Positions 34,571 to 47,699 of a stretch of 64,000 bases of DNA are shown here, in pieces. The first letter of the stretch is position 1. The number at the start of each line of letters is the position of its first letter. The stretch comes from Planctomycetota bacterium (GTDB lineage: Bacteria; Planctomycetota; B15-G4). The notes below the pieces were generated by a model, which was not told where the DNA came from, made no database searches, and saw only the letters and a program-made list of their open reading frames with translations. The stretch covers positions 192,001 through 256,000 of the forward strand of contig JBBQUR010000004.1 of the NCBI GenBank assembly GCA_038212275.1. Reading direction: 5' to 3'. Position numbers and translations under genes: made by a program.

Positions 34571-36289
34571 TCAGACCTCATCCTTCTGCGTGACGCGCAG
34601 GACCTCGTCGATCGTGGTGACGCCGTCGCGGACCTTCTGGAGGCCGTCCTGGCGCAGCGTGCGGAGCGTCTTGCGCTCGATGGCCTCGCGCTTGATCACG
34701 CTGGCGCCGGCGCGCTCCATGACACGTACGCGCACGGCCTCATCCACGGGGAGCATCTCGTAAATGGCTGTGCGGTCCACGTAGCCGCTGTTGAAGCAGT
34801 AGTCGCAGCCTTTGCCGATGAGCAGCTGGCCGTCGGGAAACTCCTCCTGGCGCAGACCGACGGACTCCATCTTGGCGAACAGCTCGCGGTCCGGCTCGAC
34901 GCGCACGCGGCACTTGGGGCAATTCACGCGGACGAGGCGCTGCGCCACGCAGAGCAGCACGGAGCTGGCCACGAGGTACGGCTCCACGCCGATGTCGAGC
35001 ATGCGCGTGACGGCCGACGAGGCGTCGTTGGTGTGCAGCGTCGAGAACACGAGGTGGCCGGTGAGCGCCGCGCGGATGGCGATGTCGGCCGTCTCGCCGT
35101 CACGCACCTCGCCGATCATCATGATGTCCGGGTCCTGGCGCAGGAAGCTGCGCAGTCCGGCGGCGAAGGTGAGGCCCTTCTTGGTGTTCACCTGCACCTG
35201 GCTGATGCCGGCCAGGTTGTATTCCACCGGATCCTCGATGGTGAGGATGTTCTTCTCCTGCGTGTTCTGCTCCGTGAGCGCCGCGTAAAGCGTCGTGGTC
35301 TTGCCCGAGCCGGTGGGGCCCGTGACGAAGATGACGCCGTGCGTGTACTGCACGTAGTGCCGCAGGATGTCCTCGTTGTGCTTGTCGAGGCCGATCTCGG
35401 ACAGGCGGTACACGCGCGCGCTCTTGTCGAGCAGACGCATGACGATGCGCTCGCCCTGGGTGGTGGGCACGGAGCTGATGCGGACGTCCACGTCCGACTC
35501 GCCGAGGCGCAGCGTCGCGCGGCCGTCCTGCGGCAGGCGGCGCTCGGCGATGTCCATCTTGCCCATGACCTTGATGCGGCTGATGACGGCATCCTGGAAT
35601 TTCTTCGGCGGGGCCTCCATGTCGTACAGCACGCCGTCGATGCGGTAGCGCACCTGCAGGCGGTCGGCATAGGGCTGGATGTGCACGTCGGAGGCGCGCA
35701 TCTTCAGCGCCTGGAACAGGATCATGTTCACCAGCTTGACGAGCGGCGCCTTCTTGCTGACGTCGAGCAGGTCGTCGGTGCTCTCGATCTCCGTGTCGAT
35801 CGAGATGACGTCGTCGTTGTCCTCGAGGTCGGACAGCGCCTCGTCCACGATGTCGGCCTTGGTCTTGTAAGCCCGGTTGATGAGCGCCGTGATCTCTGCC
35901 TTGGGCGCGAGCACCACGTCGGCTTCCTTGCCGAGCATCGTGGCCACGTCGTCCAGCGGGTGCAGGTCGAAGGGCGCGCACGTCGCCACGTGCATCGTGC
36001 CGTTCAGCTCCTCGATGCCGACGAGGTTGAAGGTGCGCGCGAAATGCACCGGCACCTTGTCCACGAAGTTCTTCGGCACGTCCGCGTCACGAAGGTCCGG
36101 GCGGAAGGGGTAGCTGAGGTAGCGCCCGAGAATCTTCAGCACCTGCTGCTCGGTCAGGTAGCCCTTGTTCACGAGCAGGCGGTCCAGGCCCTGCCCGCTG
36201 TCCTGCGCGAGGATCGCGCACTCCTTGACGTCCGCGGCGGAGAGGCCGCCTTCCGTCGTGAGCATCTCCTCCAGCGCGGGGTCCATCAT
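34571..36289 (-). CDS. gspE: T2SS ATPase GspE
   Basis: RASDVHI, DIAERRLPQDG, GPTGSGKTTTLY, TIEDPVEY, LRQDPD, TLHTNDA, CPKC..CDYC. Confidence 0.95.
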   Translation of the reverse strand: MMDPALEEMLTTEGGLSAADVKECAILAQDSGQGLDRLLVNKGYLTEQQVLKILGRYLSYPFRPDLRDADVPKNFVDKVPVHFARTFNLVGIEELNGTMHVATCAPFDLHPLDDVATMLGKEADVVLAPKAEITALINRAYKTKADIVDEALSDLEDNDDVISIDTEIESTDDLLDVSKKAPLVKLVNMILFQALKMRASDVHIQPYADRLQVRYRIDGVLYDMEAPPKKFQDAVISRIKVMGKMDIAERRLPQDGRATLRLGESDVDVRISSVPTTQGERIVMRLLDKSARVYRLSEIGLDKHNEDILRHYVQYTHGVIFVTGPTGSGKTTTLYAALTEQNTQEKNILTIEDPVEYNLAGISQVQVNTKKGLTFAAGLRSFLRQDPDIMMIGEVRDGETADIAIRAALTGHLVFSTLHTNDASSAVTRMLDIGVEPYLVASSVLLCVAQRLVRVNCPKCRVRVEPDRELFAKMESVGLRQEEFPDGQLLIGKGCDYCFNSGYVDRTAIYEMLPVDEAVRVRVMERAGASVIKREAIERKTLRTLRQDGLQKVRDGVTTIDEVLRVTQKDEV

Positions 36290-38622
36290 CAACCGCCCTT
36301 GCCGGAGTCCTTGTCGTACCCGAAGACATCGTCGAAGCCGGGCGTGCCTGCCGGCGCAGGGGCGGGCGCCGGCACCGGGACTGCCGAAGGCACGGGCGCC
36401 GGGGCTGCCGAAGGCACGGGCGCCGGCGCGACCGGGACAGGAACCGGCATCGGCGCGGGCACCGGGGAACTCGGAACAGGCTTGCCTGCGGGCGAAGGCA
36501 GCGTGCCAAGGTCACCCGACGGAGGCAGTGCCGCGCTGGGAAGGGAGAAGACGTCCACGACGCCGCCCTTGATCAGGCGGCTGTCGGGGTTGTCGCCGAC
36601 GTTCACGATGTCCGCGGTCAGAGCTCGCACGTCGCCGCCCAGCCGCGCGACATCGCGCTTGCGGGCTTCGGAGATCTCGTCGAGCAGCGCGAAGTCCGTG
36701 TCGATGATGTGGGGCGTGATGAACACGTAGAGGTAGATCTCGCGCGTGCTGTCGGTGGTCGAACGGAACAGCCAGCCGATGAGCGGCAGGTCGCCCAGCC
36801 AGGGCACCTTCGACAGCGTGTCGGTCGTGTTGTTGTTGACCAGTCCGCCGAGGATCGCCGTGTGGCCGTCCGGCAGCGTGACCGGCGTCTCGATATCGCG
36901 CGTGGTGATGTCAGGTGGCGCGCCGACGTAGGGCGTCGAACCGAAGTTGCTCACCGTGATCTTGACGCGCAGGCGCAGGTAGTTGCCCGCGCTGATCGTG
37001 GGGGAGATGGTCAGCGTGATGCCGGCCTCGACCTGATCGAAGTTGTTGCTGATCGTGCCGTTCGAGGTCGAGGTCGAAGTCTGGTAGGACGTCTGCTCCA
37101 GCGTGGAGATCGTCGCCTCCTGGTTGTCGTTGGTCATGATGTATGGCCGCGACAGCACCTTGTTGTTCGCGTTCGTCGACAGCGCCTGGATGATCAGGGG
37201 AATCGGCACGTCGCCGCCGCTGAACAGCGCGAACTGGCCGCCGGTCGCGGGTGGCGTCAACTCGCCCAGCAGGTCCACCATGCCCGCGGCGTTGATTCCC
37301 GTCGGCGTGCCGTAGTTGGACGTGAAGCCTGCGCCGCCCCCCGAACCGCCGGTGTTCAACGCGGCGATGCCGGCCGTGAGCGACTCGTTGAGCGTGGTGG
37401 CGGTCTCGACGATGGCTGCCTCGATGAGCACCTGCGGCCTGCGCACGTCCATCTCGCGGACGATGTTCACGATCTCCGCGTACTTGCGGTCGCCCGCGGT
37501 GATGATGATCGAGTTGCTCGTGCGGTCCGCAACGGCGTTGGCCTGGCCCTCGAGGCCGCCGCCCGTCGCGGCGCCGCCCGCGGCACCGCTGCTTCCCGCG
37601 CGCTGCTGCGCAGAGAGCCGCTCCTGCTCGAGCACGCGCGAGAGCACGTCGGCCACCTCCGTTGCGTCGGTGTTCTTCAGCCGGTAGACGTGCGTGTTGC
37701 CGCGCGGGTCCACCTCGACGTCGAGGACGTCCACCCATTCCTCGATCCGTGCGACCATGTCCTCGTCGCCCGTGATGAGCAGCGCGTTGCTGTACGGCTC
37801 CGGGATGACGCGCGGCTCGATCTCGAAGATCGTCACGCCGCCGCCCGGCTGCTGCGCCGCGGCCTGCTGACCGGGTCGCAGCCCGCGCGCGGCGTTGATG
37901 AGGTCCGTCAACACGTCGTCGATGTCGTCCACCGACGCGTTGCGCAGCTTGCGCTTGTGGATCACGGGCGTCGGCTTGAACGGCGGCACGTCGATCAGCT
38001 TCATCAGCTGCCAGATGCCCCACACGTGACTGCCGAAGCCCGTGACGACGATGTTGTTGGCGTTCTCCACGTTGCGTGCCTGCTCGACGTTGCCGTCGAA
38101 GAGCGTCGTGATCGTGGACACCGTGTTGCGCGCATCGATGTAGCGAAGCGGCATCGACGTCGTGATGAGCGAACCGGTGTCGTACCGGTAGCGATCGATG
38201 TCGCCGATGTCGACCACGGGAGCCTGGAGCTTGATGCCGGCGCCACCGCCTCGCCCCTGCGCGCCGCCCGCACTCAGCTTGGTGATCTGGAGCAGGCCGC
38301 TGTCCTCCGGGCCGAACTCCGTGACGATGAAGTCGTAGGTCTTGAGCACGCTCTGGAAGTACTGGAAGAACTGCGACTGCTTGATGTGCTGCGGCCCGAT
38401 GATGCGGATCGTCTCGGGGGCCACGTCCGCGGGCGTGTACTTGATCGGCCGGACCAGGATGTTCTTGGCCAGGTCGATGAAGTTGACCAGCTTCTCGCCC
38501 TCGGTCTCGTCGAACTGGAGGATGTATTCGTCCCCCGAGACCGTGATGTCCTGGGCGGGGACAAGGGGGGCCAGAAACGGCGTCAGGACGAGGCAGAAGG
38601 CTGCGGCTGCAACGGATCGCAT
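36289..38622 (-). CDS. gspD: T2SS secretin GspD with Pro/Ala-rich C-terminal tail
   Basis: Signal peptide; N-domains; RPQVLIEAAIVE; LSRP..MT.DNQEA; KVPWLGDLPLIGWLF; VFITPHII. Confidence 0.92.
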   Translation of the reverse strand: MRSVAAAAFCLVLTPFLAPLVPAQDITVSGDEYILQFDETEGEKLVNFIDLAKNILVRPIKYTPADVAPETIRIIGPQHIKQSQFFQYFQSVLKTYDFIVTEFGPEDSGLLQITKLSAGGAQGRGGGAGIKLQAPVVDIGDIDRYRYDTGSLITTSMPLRYIDARNTVSTITTLFDGNVEQARNVENANNIVVTGFGSHVWGIWQLMKLIDVPPFKPTPVIHKRKLRNASVDDIDDVLTDLINAARGLRPGQQAAAQQPGGGVTIFEIEPRVIPEPYSNALLITGDEDMVARIEEWVDVLDVEVDPRGNTHVYRLKNTDATEVADVLSRVLEQERLSAQQRAGSSGAAGGAATGGGLEGQANAVADRTSNSIIITAGDRKYAEIVNIVREMDVRRPQVLIEAAIVETATTLNESLTAGIAALNTGGSGGGAGFTSNYGTPTGINAAGMVDLLGELTPPATGGQFALFSGGDVPIPLIIQALSTNANNKVLSRPYIMTNDNQEATISTLEQTSYQTSTSTSNGTISNNFDQVEAGITLTISPTISAGNYLRLRVKITVSNFGSTPYVGAPPDITTRDIETPVTLPDGHTAILGGLVNNNTTDTLSKVPWLGDLPLIGWLFRSTTDSTREIYLYVFITPHIIDTDFALLDEISEARKRDVARLGGDVRALTADIVNVGDNPDSRLIKGGVVDVFSLPSAALPPSGDLGTLPSPAGKPVPSSPVPAPMPVPVPVAPAPVPSAAPAPVPSAVPVPAPAPAPAGTPGFDDVFGYDKDSGKGG

Positions 38623-38760
38623 GTCAGGGTCCCTTGGCCGGAAACACGGTGGACGGAGGCGGATGGACAGCCCCCCGCGCCGGGATCATGGGGGCTTGGA
38701 CAAGGGCGTTCAACGATCTATTCCCGGCCGTTTCCGCATGGCCGGCGACCGGCCGCAGCC

Positions 38761-38789
38761 TTGAAAGATCGGGGCATCGGCACTAACCT
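38761..38789 (+). promoter_or_regulatory. Sigma-70-like promoter upstream of the EIIA gene and rpsU
   Basis: TTGAAA-17 bp-TAACCT. Confidence 0.6.
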
Positions 38790-38884
38790 CGTCGGATTCA
38801 ACCGGCCTCCTTGAGTGAAGCGCCCGAGTGGCGCGATCCGAGGCGGACCGAACGGCACATGTCCCGACCGGAGTCGTCACGTCC

Positions 38885-39355
38885 TTGAAGCTGTCCGAGG
38901 TGCTCGCCGAGTCCGCGATCCAGTTCGATCTGGACGGTCGGGACAAGTGGCAGGCCATCGAGGAACTCACGGACCGGCTCGTGGCGACGCAGCAGCTCTC
39001 GCCGCTGCATCGCGACCGGGTGCATGCGGCGCTCGTCGCGCGCGAGAAGTCCATGTCAACGGGCATGGAGCAGGGCATCGCCATCCCGCACACGTCGGTC
39101 CCGGAGATCGACCGCACCGGCGTCGCACTCGGCATTTCGCGCAGCGGCATCGAGTTCCAGGCGATCGACGGGCGTGCCACGCACCTCGTCATCCTGCTGG
39201 TGAATCCCGCCAACCGGACCAAGGACCACATCCGCACGCTGGCCGAGATCGCGCGACTGCTGAGCAGCAGCGAGTTGCGCGCCGATCTCGTGCGCAGCGA
39301 GTCCGCCGCTCACGTGCTGGAGACCATCCGCGCCGCGGAATCGGTCGCCACCTGA
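38885..39355 (+). CDS. PTS EIIA type-2 (PtsN/fructose-like) protein
   Basis: ARE..STGMEQGIAIPH phospho-His motif, FQAIDG, HIRTLAEIARL; TTG start inferred. Confidence 0.9.
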   Translation: MKLSEVLAESAIQFDLDGRDKWQAIEELTDRLVATQQLSPLHRDRVHAALVAREKSMSTGMEQGIAIPHTSVPEIDRTGVALGISRSGIEFQAIDGRATHLVILLVNPANRTKDHIRTLAEIARLLSSSELRADLVRSESAAHVLETIRAAESVAT

Positions 39356-39395
39356 TTTCCCTTTCCCTTTCTCACCAGTTCACGAGGACAACTCT

Positions 39396-39785
39396 TTGGT
39401 CATTCGAGTCCAGACGCGCGACAACGAACCCGTCGACAAGGCCCTGCGCCGCCTTCGGAAACTCTGCAACAACGAAGGCCTGACGCGCACCAGCAAGTCG
39501 AAGGCATTCTTCGAGAAGCCCAGCGAGCAGCGCCGTCGCGAGGCCCGCGAGCGTCTCAAGGCGATCCGCCTCGCCTGCCGCGCCAAGGAAAACGACGCCC
39601 AGAAGCTGCTGAACCGCCGCCGCAAGGCGCGCAAGACCGCCAAGGGCGGCCCGCGCGAAGGCGGCCCCGGTGAGCGCGAAGGCCGGCCCGCCGGCGCTCG
39701 CGGACCTGCTCGCGGAGCGGGCGGCATGCGTCGCGGTCCGATGGCACCTGCAGGCATCGGCGGCCCCGACTCGCTCGCCGGCTGA
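39396..39785 (+). CDS. rpsU: 30S ribosomal protein bS21 with long C-terminal extension
   Basis: E.VDKALRRLRK....G.........FEKPSEQRRR; GAGG RBS; TTG start. Confidence 0.85.
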   Translation: MVIRVQTRDNEPVDKALRRLRKLCNNEGLTRTSKSKAFFEKPSEQRRREARERLKAIRLACRAKENDAQKLLNRRRKARKTAKGGPREGGPGEREGRPAGARGPARGAGGMRRGPMAPAGIGGPDSLAG

Positions 39786-39804
39786 AGCTGCGGTTCCCGG
39801 CTTC

Positions 39805-39843
39805 CGACCGATGCCGGACCCGCACCGGGTCGGGCATCGGTCG
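39805..39843. terminator. Hairpin between convergent rpsU and rpiB
   Basis: CGACCGATGCC-G-GACCCG/CGGGTC-G-GGCATCGGTCG stem with one mismatch. Confidence 0.65.
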
Positions 39844-39851
39844 ACCGCGCC

Positions 39852-40319
39852 TCAGCAGCAGGACGCGGAGTCCGCAGCGGACTCCGACTGAAGCGCCATC
39901 ATCTTGTCCACGCGCCGGGCGTGCCGACCGCCCTCGAAGTCCGTGACGAGGAAGTTGCGCACCATCTCGTCCATGACCGTGGCGTCCACGACGCGCGCGC
40001 CGAGGCACAGCACGTTGGCGTCGTTGTGCTGGCGGGTCACGGTGGCCTCGTACGGGTCATTGCACTTGGCGGCCCGCACGCCGGGCACCTTGTTGGCGGC
40101 GATGGACATGCCGATGCCTGTGCCGCACACGAGGATGCCGCGCTGCGCCCGGCCCTCCGCGACGTCGTGGGCCACGAGTCCGGCGAAGTCCGGATAGTCC
40201 ACGGATTCCGGCCCGGTCGTCCCGCGGTCGATCACTTCGTGCCCCGCGCTCTTCAAGAGCGCCACCAGGCGTTGCTTGACGTCCACACCGGCGTGGTCGG
40301 CTCCGATCGCGATCTTCAT
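39852..40319 (-). CDS. rpiB: Ribose-5-phosphate isomerase B
   Basis: MKIAIGADHAG, DYPD, CGTGIGMSIAANK, HNDANVLCLGAR, FEGGRHARR. Confidence 0.97.
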   Translation of the reverse strand: MKIAIGADHAGVDVKQRLVALLKSAGHEVIDRGTTGPESVDYPDFAGLVAHDVAEGRAQRGILVCGTGIGMSIAANKVPGVRAAKCNDPYEATVTRQHNDANVLCLGARVVDATVMDEMVRNFLVTDFEGGRHARRVDKMMALQSESAADSASCC

Positions 40320-41407
40320 CGGCTGGTCTCCGGGGTCATGAGACGGTTGGCCCACTCGGCGGCAAGCTCTGCGAGCCGTCGGGCGACCACACGATACTCG
40401 CTCACCGGCCCGCCAAAAGGATCCTCGACGTCGTCGCCTGACGCATCGAAGCTTTCCACGCGGGGGCCGGCGACACCGTCCAGCGCGGCCAGCACGGAAC
40501 GCCGGTGCGCGCCGGTCATGCACAGCACCACGCTGGTCTGCCGCAGTTCGCCGACGTCCATCGGCCGGGACTCGTGGTCGCTCAGATCCAGACCCAGTTC
40601 TTCGAGCGCGAGGACAGCCTCGTTCGTGGCCGGCGACGATGCATGCACATGGAGGCCGCGCGACGTCACGGACGGAGGCAGCAGGGCAGGATCGCGGCGC
40701 GCGTGTTCCTGCAGTGCCCGCCTCAGAAGCAGCTCGGCCATCGGACTGCGGCACGTGTTGCCGCTGCACACGACGAGCGTCCGCGGCAAGGCGTGTCGCA
40801 CGAGGTCCGCCCGGCTGACGACGCCCTCGCGCAGCACGCGCAGGCCGCCAAGCAGCGGCTGCACCAGCGTCGAGGCCTCGCCAAGCGCGGCGCGGCCTCC
40901 GTCCACGACGACCGCCACGCGGGAGAGCACGGCGGGATCGAGATCGCCGACCGCCACGGGCGCCGGCGCGTCGGGCAGGTTTGCGCTCGGCAGCAGCAGC
41001 GGAACGCCTGCAGCGGCGATGAGCTCGCGCGTCCAGGCATGGCCAGGCACCCTGACGCCGAGCGTGCCGTTCCCTGCGTCCTGCGCCTCCGGAGCGAGTC
41101 CGAGCACGAGCGTCAACGGGCCGGGCCACCAGCGCCGCATGAGCGGCAACGCCGTGACAGGAACACCTGTGAGCCGCTCCCTGATCATCTCCAGCGAGGA
41201 GACCGCGACGCTGAAGGGGCGCTGCCGGTGGGACTTGAGTTCCGCGAGGCGCTCCAGCGCGGCAGGCCGGTCCTCGCGCGCCGCGACGCCATACACCGTT
41301 TCCGTCGGCACGATCACGAGCTCGCCGCGGTCGAGGGCGGCGAGGGCGGCGGACTGCGCCGCTCCCGGATCGTCGCGCAGGAGATCGAAACGATCGGGAG
41401 CAGGCAT
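40316..41407 (-). CDS. tsaC: Fusion: TsaC/Sua5 threonylcarbamoyl-AMP synthase domain + low-molecular-weight protein (Arg/Tyr) phosphatase
   Basis: PTETVYG, WPGPLTLV, GVRVP, PSAN; then VVCSGNTCRSPMAE and DPFGG. Confidence 0.88.
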   Translation of the reverse strand: MPAPDRFDLLRDDPGAAQSAALAALDRGELVIVPTETVYGVAAREDRPAALERLAELKSHRQRPFSVAVSSLEMIRERLTGVPVTALPLMRRWWPGPLTLVLGLAPEAQDAGNGTLGVRVPGHAWTRELIAAAGVPLLLPSANLPDAPAPVAVGDLDPAVLSRVAVVVDGGRAALGEASTLVQPLLGGLRVLREGVVSRADLVRHALPRTLVVCSGNTCRSPMAELLLRRALQEHARRDPALLPPSVTSRGLHVHASSPATNEAVLALEELGLDLSDHESRPMDVGELRQTSVVLCMTGAHRRSVLAALDGVAGPRVESFDASGDDVEDPFGGPVSEYRVVARRLAELAAEWANRLMTPETSR

Positions 41408-41555
41408 GCCGGGCATTATGTCGACCGGGCCCGTGCCGCGTGAATGCCCGGGAGGTCTCGGCGATTCCGGGACGAGGCCTCGCTTGGCATACTGCGCGCG
41501 ACCATCGTCGCGGTCACCGGTCCTCATCTCGTCGGCGCGGAGGAGCGAGCAGCCC

Positions 41556-42334
41556 ATGTCCACCGCCCGGAAGCGCAGCCAGCGCCTCGAGACGATGGGC
41601 ACCATGGCTGCGGGCCTGGCGCACGAGATCAAGAACCCGCTGAGCACCATGTCCGTGAACCTGCAGCTTCTGGCCGAGGACTTCGCGCAGGCCGCCACGC
41701 CGGTCGAGCAGCGCACGCTCCGGCGCGCGAAGCTGCTGCTCGGAGAGGTGCGTCGCCTCGATCAGATCGTGAACGACTTCCTCAAGCTGGTGCGCGGCCA
41801 TGAGGTGCACAGCGTGCCGCTGGATCTCGAACTGCTGCTCACCGACATGCTCCGCTTCATCGAAGCCGAGAACGCTCAGCTCGGCATCCGCACGCGCTTC
41901 TCGCCGGATCCGGCCGCGCGCATGATCCATGCCGACCCGGGCTTTCTGCGGATGGCGCTCATGAACCTCGTCGGCAACGCGCAGCAGGCGATGGCCGCCG
42001 CCGGCGGCGAGCTGCTCGTCGCGACGCGCGGACGCGAGCACGACGTCGAGATCTCCGTCACCGACACGGGCCCGGGCATCGCGTCCGAACTGCACGAGAA
42101 GATCTTCCAGCCATGGTTCTCCACCAAGCAGGGCGGCACCGGACTGGGGCTGCCCATGGCGCGACGCATCATCGAGGAGTTCGGTGGCGAGATGCGCATG
42201 CACTCCGAGTTCGGTCGGGGCACGCGCTTCACGGTCACCGTCCCGCGTGCGCCGCGCCAGCTCACCGGAGGCGCCGGCACGCCGGACGGTGACGGCACGC
42301 CGGCTGGCGGCGGCCGTGACGGAGGGCCCGCCGC

Positions 42335-42338
<4 letters not shown>
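41556..42338 (+). CDS. Histidine kinase (HisKA + HATPase only, no input domain)
   Basis: AGLAHEIKNPL, NLVGNA, DTGPGI, FQPWFSTK, GTGLGL; GGAGGAG RBS. Confidence 0.92.
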
Positions 42339-43708
<1,370 letters not shown>

Positions 43709-43710
43709 AC

Positions 43711-43753
43711 TGCCACGGTGGCAGGCGCGGTCGTCGCTGGTGCCGTTTTGCCA
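43711..43753. promoter_or_regulatory. Two candidate enhancer (UAS) sites
   Basis: TGCCACGGTGGCA (perfect inverted repeat, 43711) and TGCCGTTTTGCCA (43741), 30 bp apart. Confidence 0.5.
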
Positions 43754-43927
43754 GCGCTGGGCCCATCCGGTCGCGGCGTCGGGGACGGCCCCGTCGGCGC
43801 GGGCCATCGGCACCGATCGGCCGGCGAGCGCGCTGCACAAGGCCTCGCATGCGCTGCCGGCGCCCTTTCGGGGCAGCAAGGCCGCCGAGGCCACGCGCCG
43901 CCCCGGTCGCAGAGCCTTGTTCGGCCA

Positions 43928-43944
43928 TTGGCACGTCGTTTGTG
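43928..43944 (+). promoter_or_regulatory. Sigma-54 (-24/-12) promoter upstream of dnaK
   Basis: TTGGCACGTCGTTTGT versus consensus TGGCAC-N5-TTGC (one mismatch at -12). Confidence 0.62.
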
Positions 43945-44011
43945 AACCATCGGTTGAGAAGAACGCCTCCCGGTGCAGCCACCCGCGCTCCCGACAACAC
44001 TCCGGAGAACC

Positions 44012-45946
<1,935 letters not shown>

Positions 45947-45988
45947 TCGGCTCAGGGTGTCTTCCGGTCCGGTCCGGAGCGCCCGCAC

Positions 45989-46951
45989 TTGATCCGCACG
46001 GAACACCTGACGCGGCGTTTCCACGACCTGGTCGCGGTTGACGACGTCACGCTGCACGTGCCCCGGGGAGAAATCCTGGGCTTCCTCGGACCGAATGGCG
46101 CCGGCAAGTCGACGACGATCCGCATCCTGACGGCGTTCCTTCCCGCGACGTCCGGGCGCGCCTCCGTGGCGGGCCACGACATCGCGACCGACAGCCTGGC
46201 CGCCCGTGCGAACATCGGCTACCTGCCCGAGAACGTGCCGCTTCCCGGCGATGCGCGCGTGGACGAATACCTGCAGTTTCGCGCCCGCCTCAAGGGCGTC
46301 AGCGCCAGCCAGCGCTCGGCCTTCTGCGACAGGGCGCTGACGCTGTGTGGCTTGATCCCGATGCGCCGGCGCATCATCGGCCAGCTCTCGCGCGGCTACC
46401 GGCAGCGCGTGGGGCTCGCCGACGCGCTGCTCGCCGATCCGCCTGTGCTCATCCTCGACGAGCCCACGGGTGGCCTCGATCCGGGCCAGCGCCAGGAAGT
46501 GCTCGATCTCGTGGCGGGCATGCGCGGCCAGCGCACGGTGATGCTCTCCAGTCACGTGCTGTCCGAGGTCGAGCACCTCTGCACGCGAGTCGCGATCATC
46601 AAGTCCGGCCGCATCGTGGCGCAGGGCACGCGCGACGAACTCGAGGCGTCCGCCGGCCATCGCGACGAGTGGGAGCTCGGCGCCATCCTCGGTGAGGGCG
46701 GCCTCGGCGCGACTCCCGGCGCAGCCGAAGCCCGCCTCGTTGCACTGGAGATCTGGCTGGCGGAGCGCGGGCTCTCGCCTCGGCGCGCGCCCGATGCACT
46801 TCGCTGCATCGTGCGCTTGCCTTCCGAAGCCGACGCGAGCGCAGTGCTGGCCGCTGCGGTGCAGGCCGGTCTTCCGCTGGGGAGCTTTCGCCCGCTGACC
46901 CGCTCCCTCCATGACATCTTCCTCGACCTTACGCGGCAAGGCGCCCCATGA
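45989..46951 (+). CDS. ABC transporter ATP-binding protein (GldA-like)
   Basis: GPNGAGKST, LSRGYRQRVGLA, ILDEPT, SSH. Confidence 0.92.
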   Translation: MIRTEHLTRRFHDLVAVDDVTLHVPRGEILGFLGPNGAGKSTTIRILTAFLPATSGRASVAGHDIATDSLAARANIGYLPENVPLPGDARVDEYLQFRARLKGVSASQRSAFCDRALTLCGLIPMRRRIIGQLSRGYRQRVGLADALLADPPVLILDEPTGGLDPGQRQEVLDLVAGMRGQRTVMLSSHVLSEVEHLCTRVAIIKSGRIVAQGTRDELEASAGHRDEWELGAILGEGGLGATPGAAEARLVALEIWLAERGLSPRRAPDALRCIVRLPSEADASAVLAAAVQAGLPLGSFRPLTRSLHDIFLDLTRQGAP

Positions 46952-46958
46952 GGCTCCC

Positions 46959-47699
46959 ATGATGCGCCGCATCCTTCCGCTGCTCTGGCGAGAACTCGAG
47001 AGCCTGTTCTTCTCGCCGCTTGCCTACATCGTGCTCACGGTCTTCCTCGTGCTCTCGGGCTTCTCGTTCGTCATCGCGCTGTCGGTCTCCGGGGGCGTGG
47101 TCAACGACACGATCACGCTGTTCCTGGGTGAAGGGGCGCTGTTCTGGGTGTGCCTCATCGCGGTCCCGTCGCTGGTCACCATGCGCCTCGTCGCGGAGGA
47201 ACGCCGCTCCGGCACGCTGGAAGTGCTGCTGACGGCGCCGGTGCGCGACGGCGAGGTCATCGTCGCCAAGTTCCTCGGCGCGATGGTGTTTCAGGCCTTC
47301 CTCTGGGCGCCCACGCTCATCGACATCCGCATCCTGCGCGGTTACGGCGCGCTGCCGGACACCGGCCAGGTGTTCGCGACCTATGTCGGCATCGCCTGCG
47401 CGACCTCGCTGCTCACCGCGGTGGGGCTGCTCTTCTCCACTCGCACCAGCAACCAGATCATCGCGGCCGTCGGGTCGCTGACCTTCAACCTCCTCTTCGT
47501 CGGCGCGCCGGTGCTCGCCAATGCAGAGCGCTTCGGCACGCTGGGACGCGCTCTCGAGACGCTCTCCGTGGTGCATCACATGTCCGCCTCCTTCGGCAAG
47601 GGGCTGCTCGACACGGGCGTGATCGCCGTCTACGTCGCAGGCACCGCAGGGGTGCTCGTGCTCGCGACCCGGAGCCTGGAGGCCCGACGGTGGCGCTAG
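46959..47699 (+). CDS. ABC-2 permease (GldF-like)
   Basis: RELESLFFSPLAY, TMRLVAEERRSGTLEVLLTAP, AKF, TSNQIIAA. Confidence 0.88.
   Translation: MMRRILPLLWRELESLFFSPLAYIVLTVFLVLSGFSFVIALSVSGGVVNDTITLFLGEGALFWVCLIAVPSLVTMRLVAEERRSGTLEVLLTAPVRDGEVIVAKFLGAMVFQAFLWAPTLIDIRILRGYGALPDTGQVFATYVGIACATSLLTAVGLLFSTRTSNQIIAAVGSLTFNLLFVGAPVLANAERFGTLGRALETLSVVHHMSASFGKGLLDTGVIAVYVAGTAGVLVLATRSLEARRWR

Noticed and set aside
41484..41499. TTGGCATACTGCGCGC as a sigma-54 promoter for the kinase
   Set aside because: The -12 element lacks TT, and the same bases fit a sigma-70 TTCCGG-17-CATACT promoter; ambiguous.
39921..41555. Possible long N-terminal sensor region for the histidine kinase (805-aa ORF)
   Set aside because: It is antisense to rpiB and tsaC and is Ser/Arg-rich nonsense; a strong RBS precedes ATG 41556.
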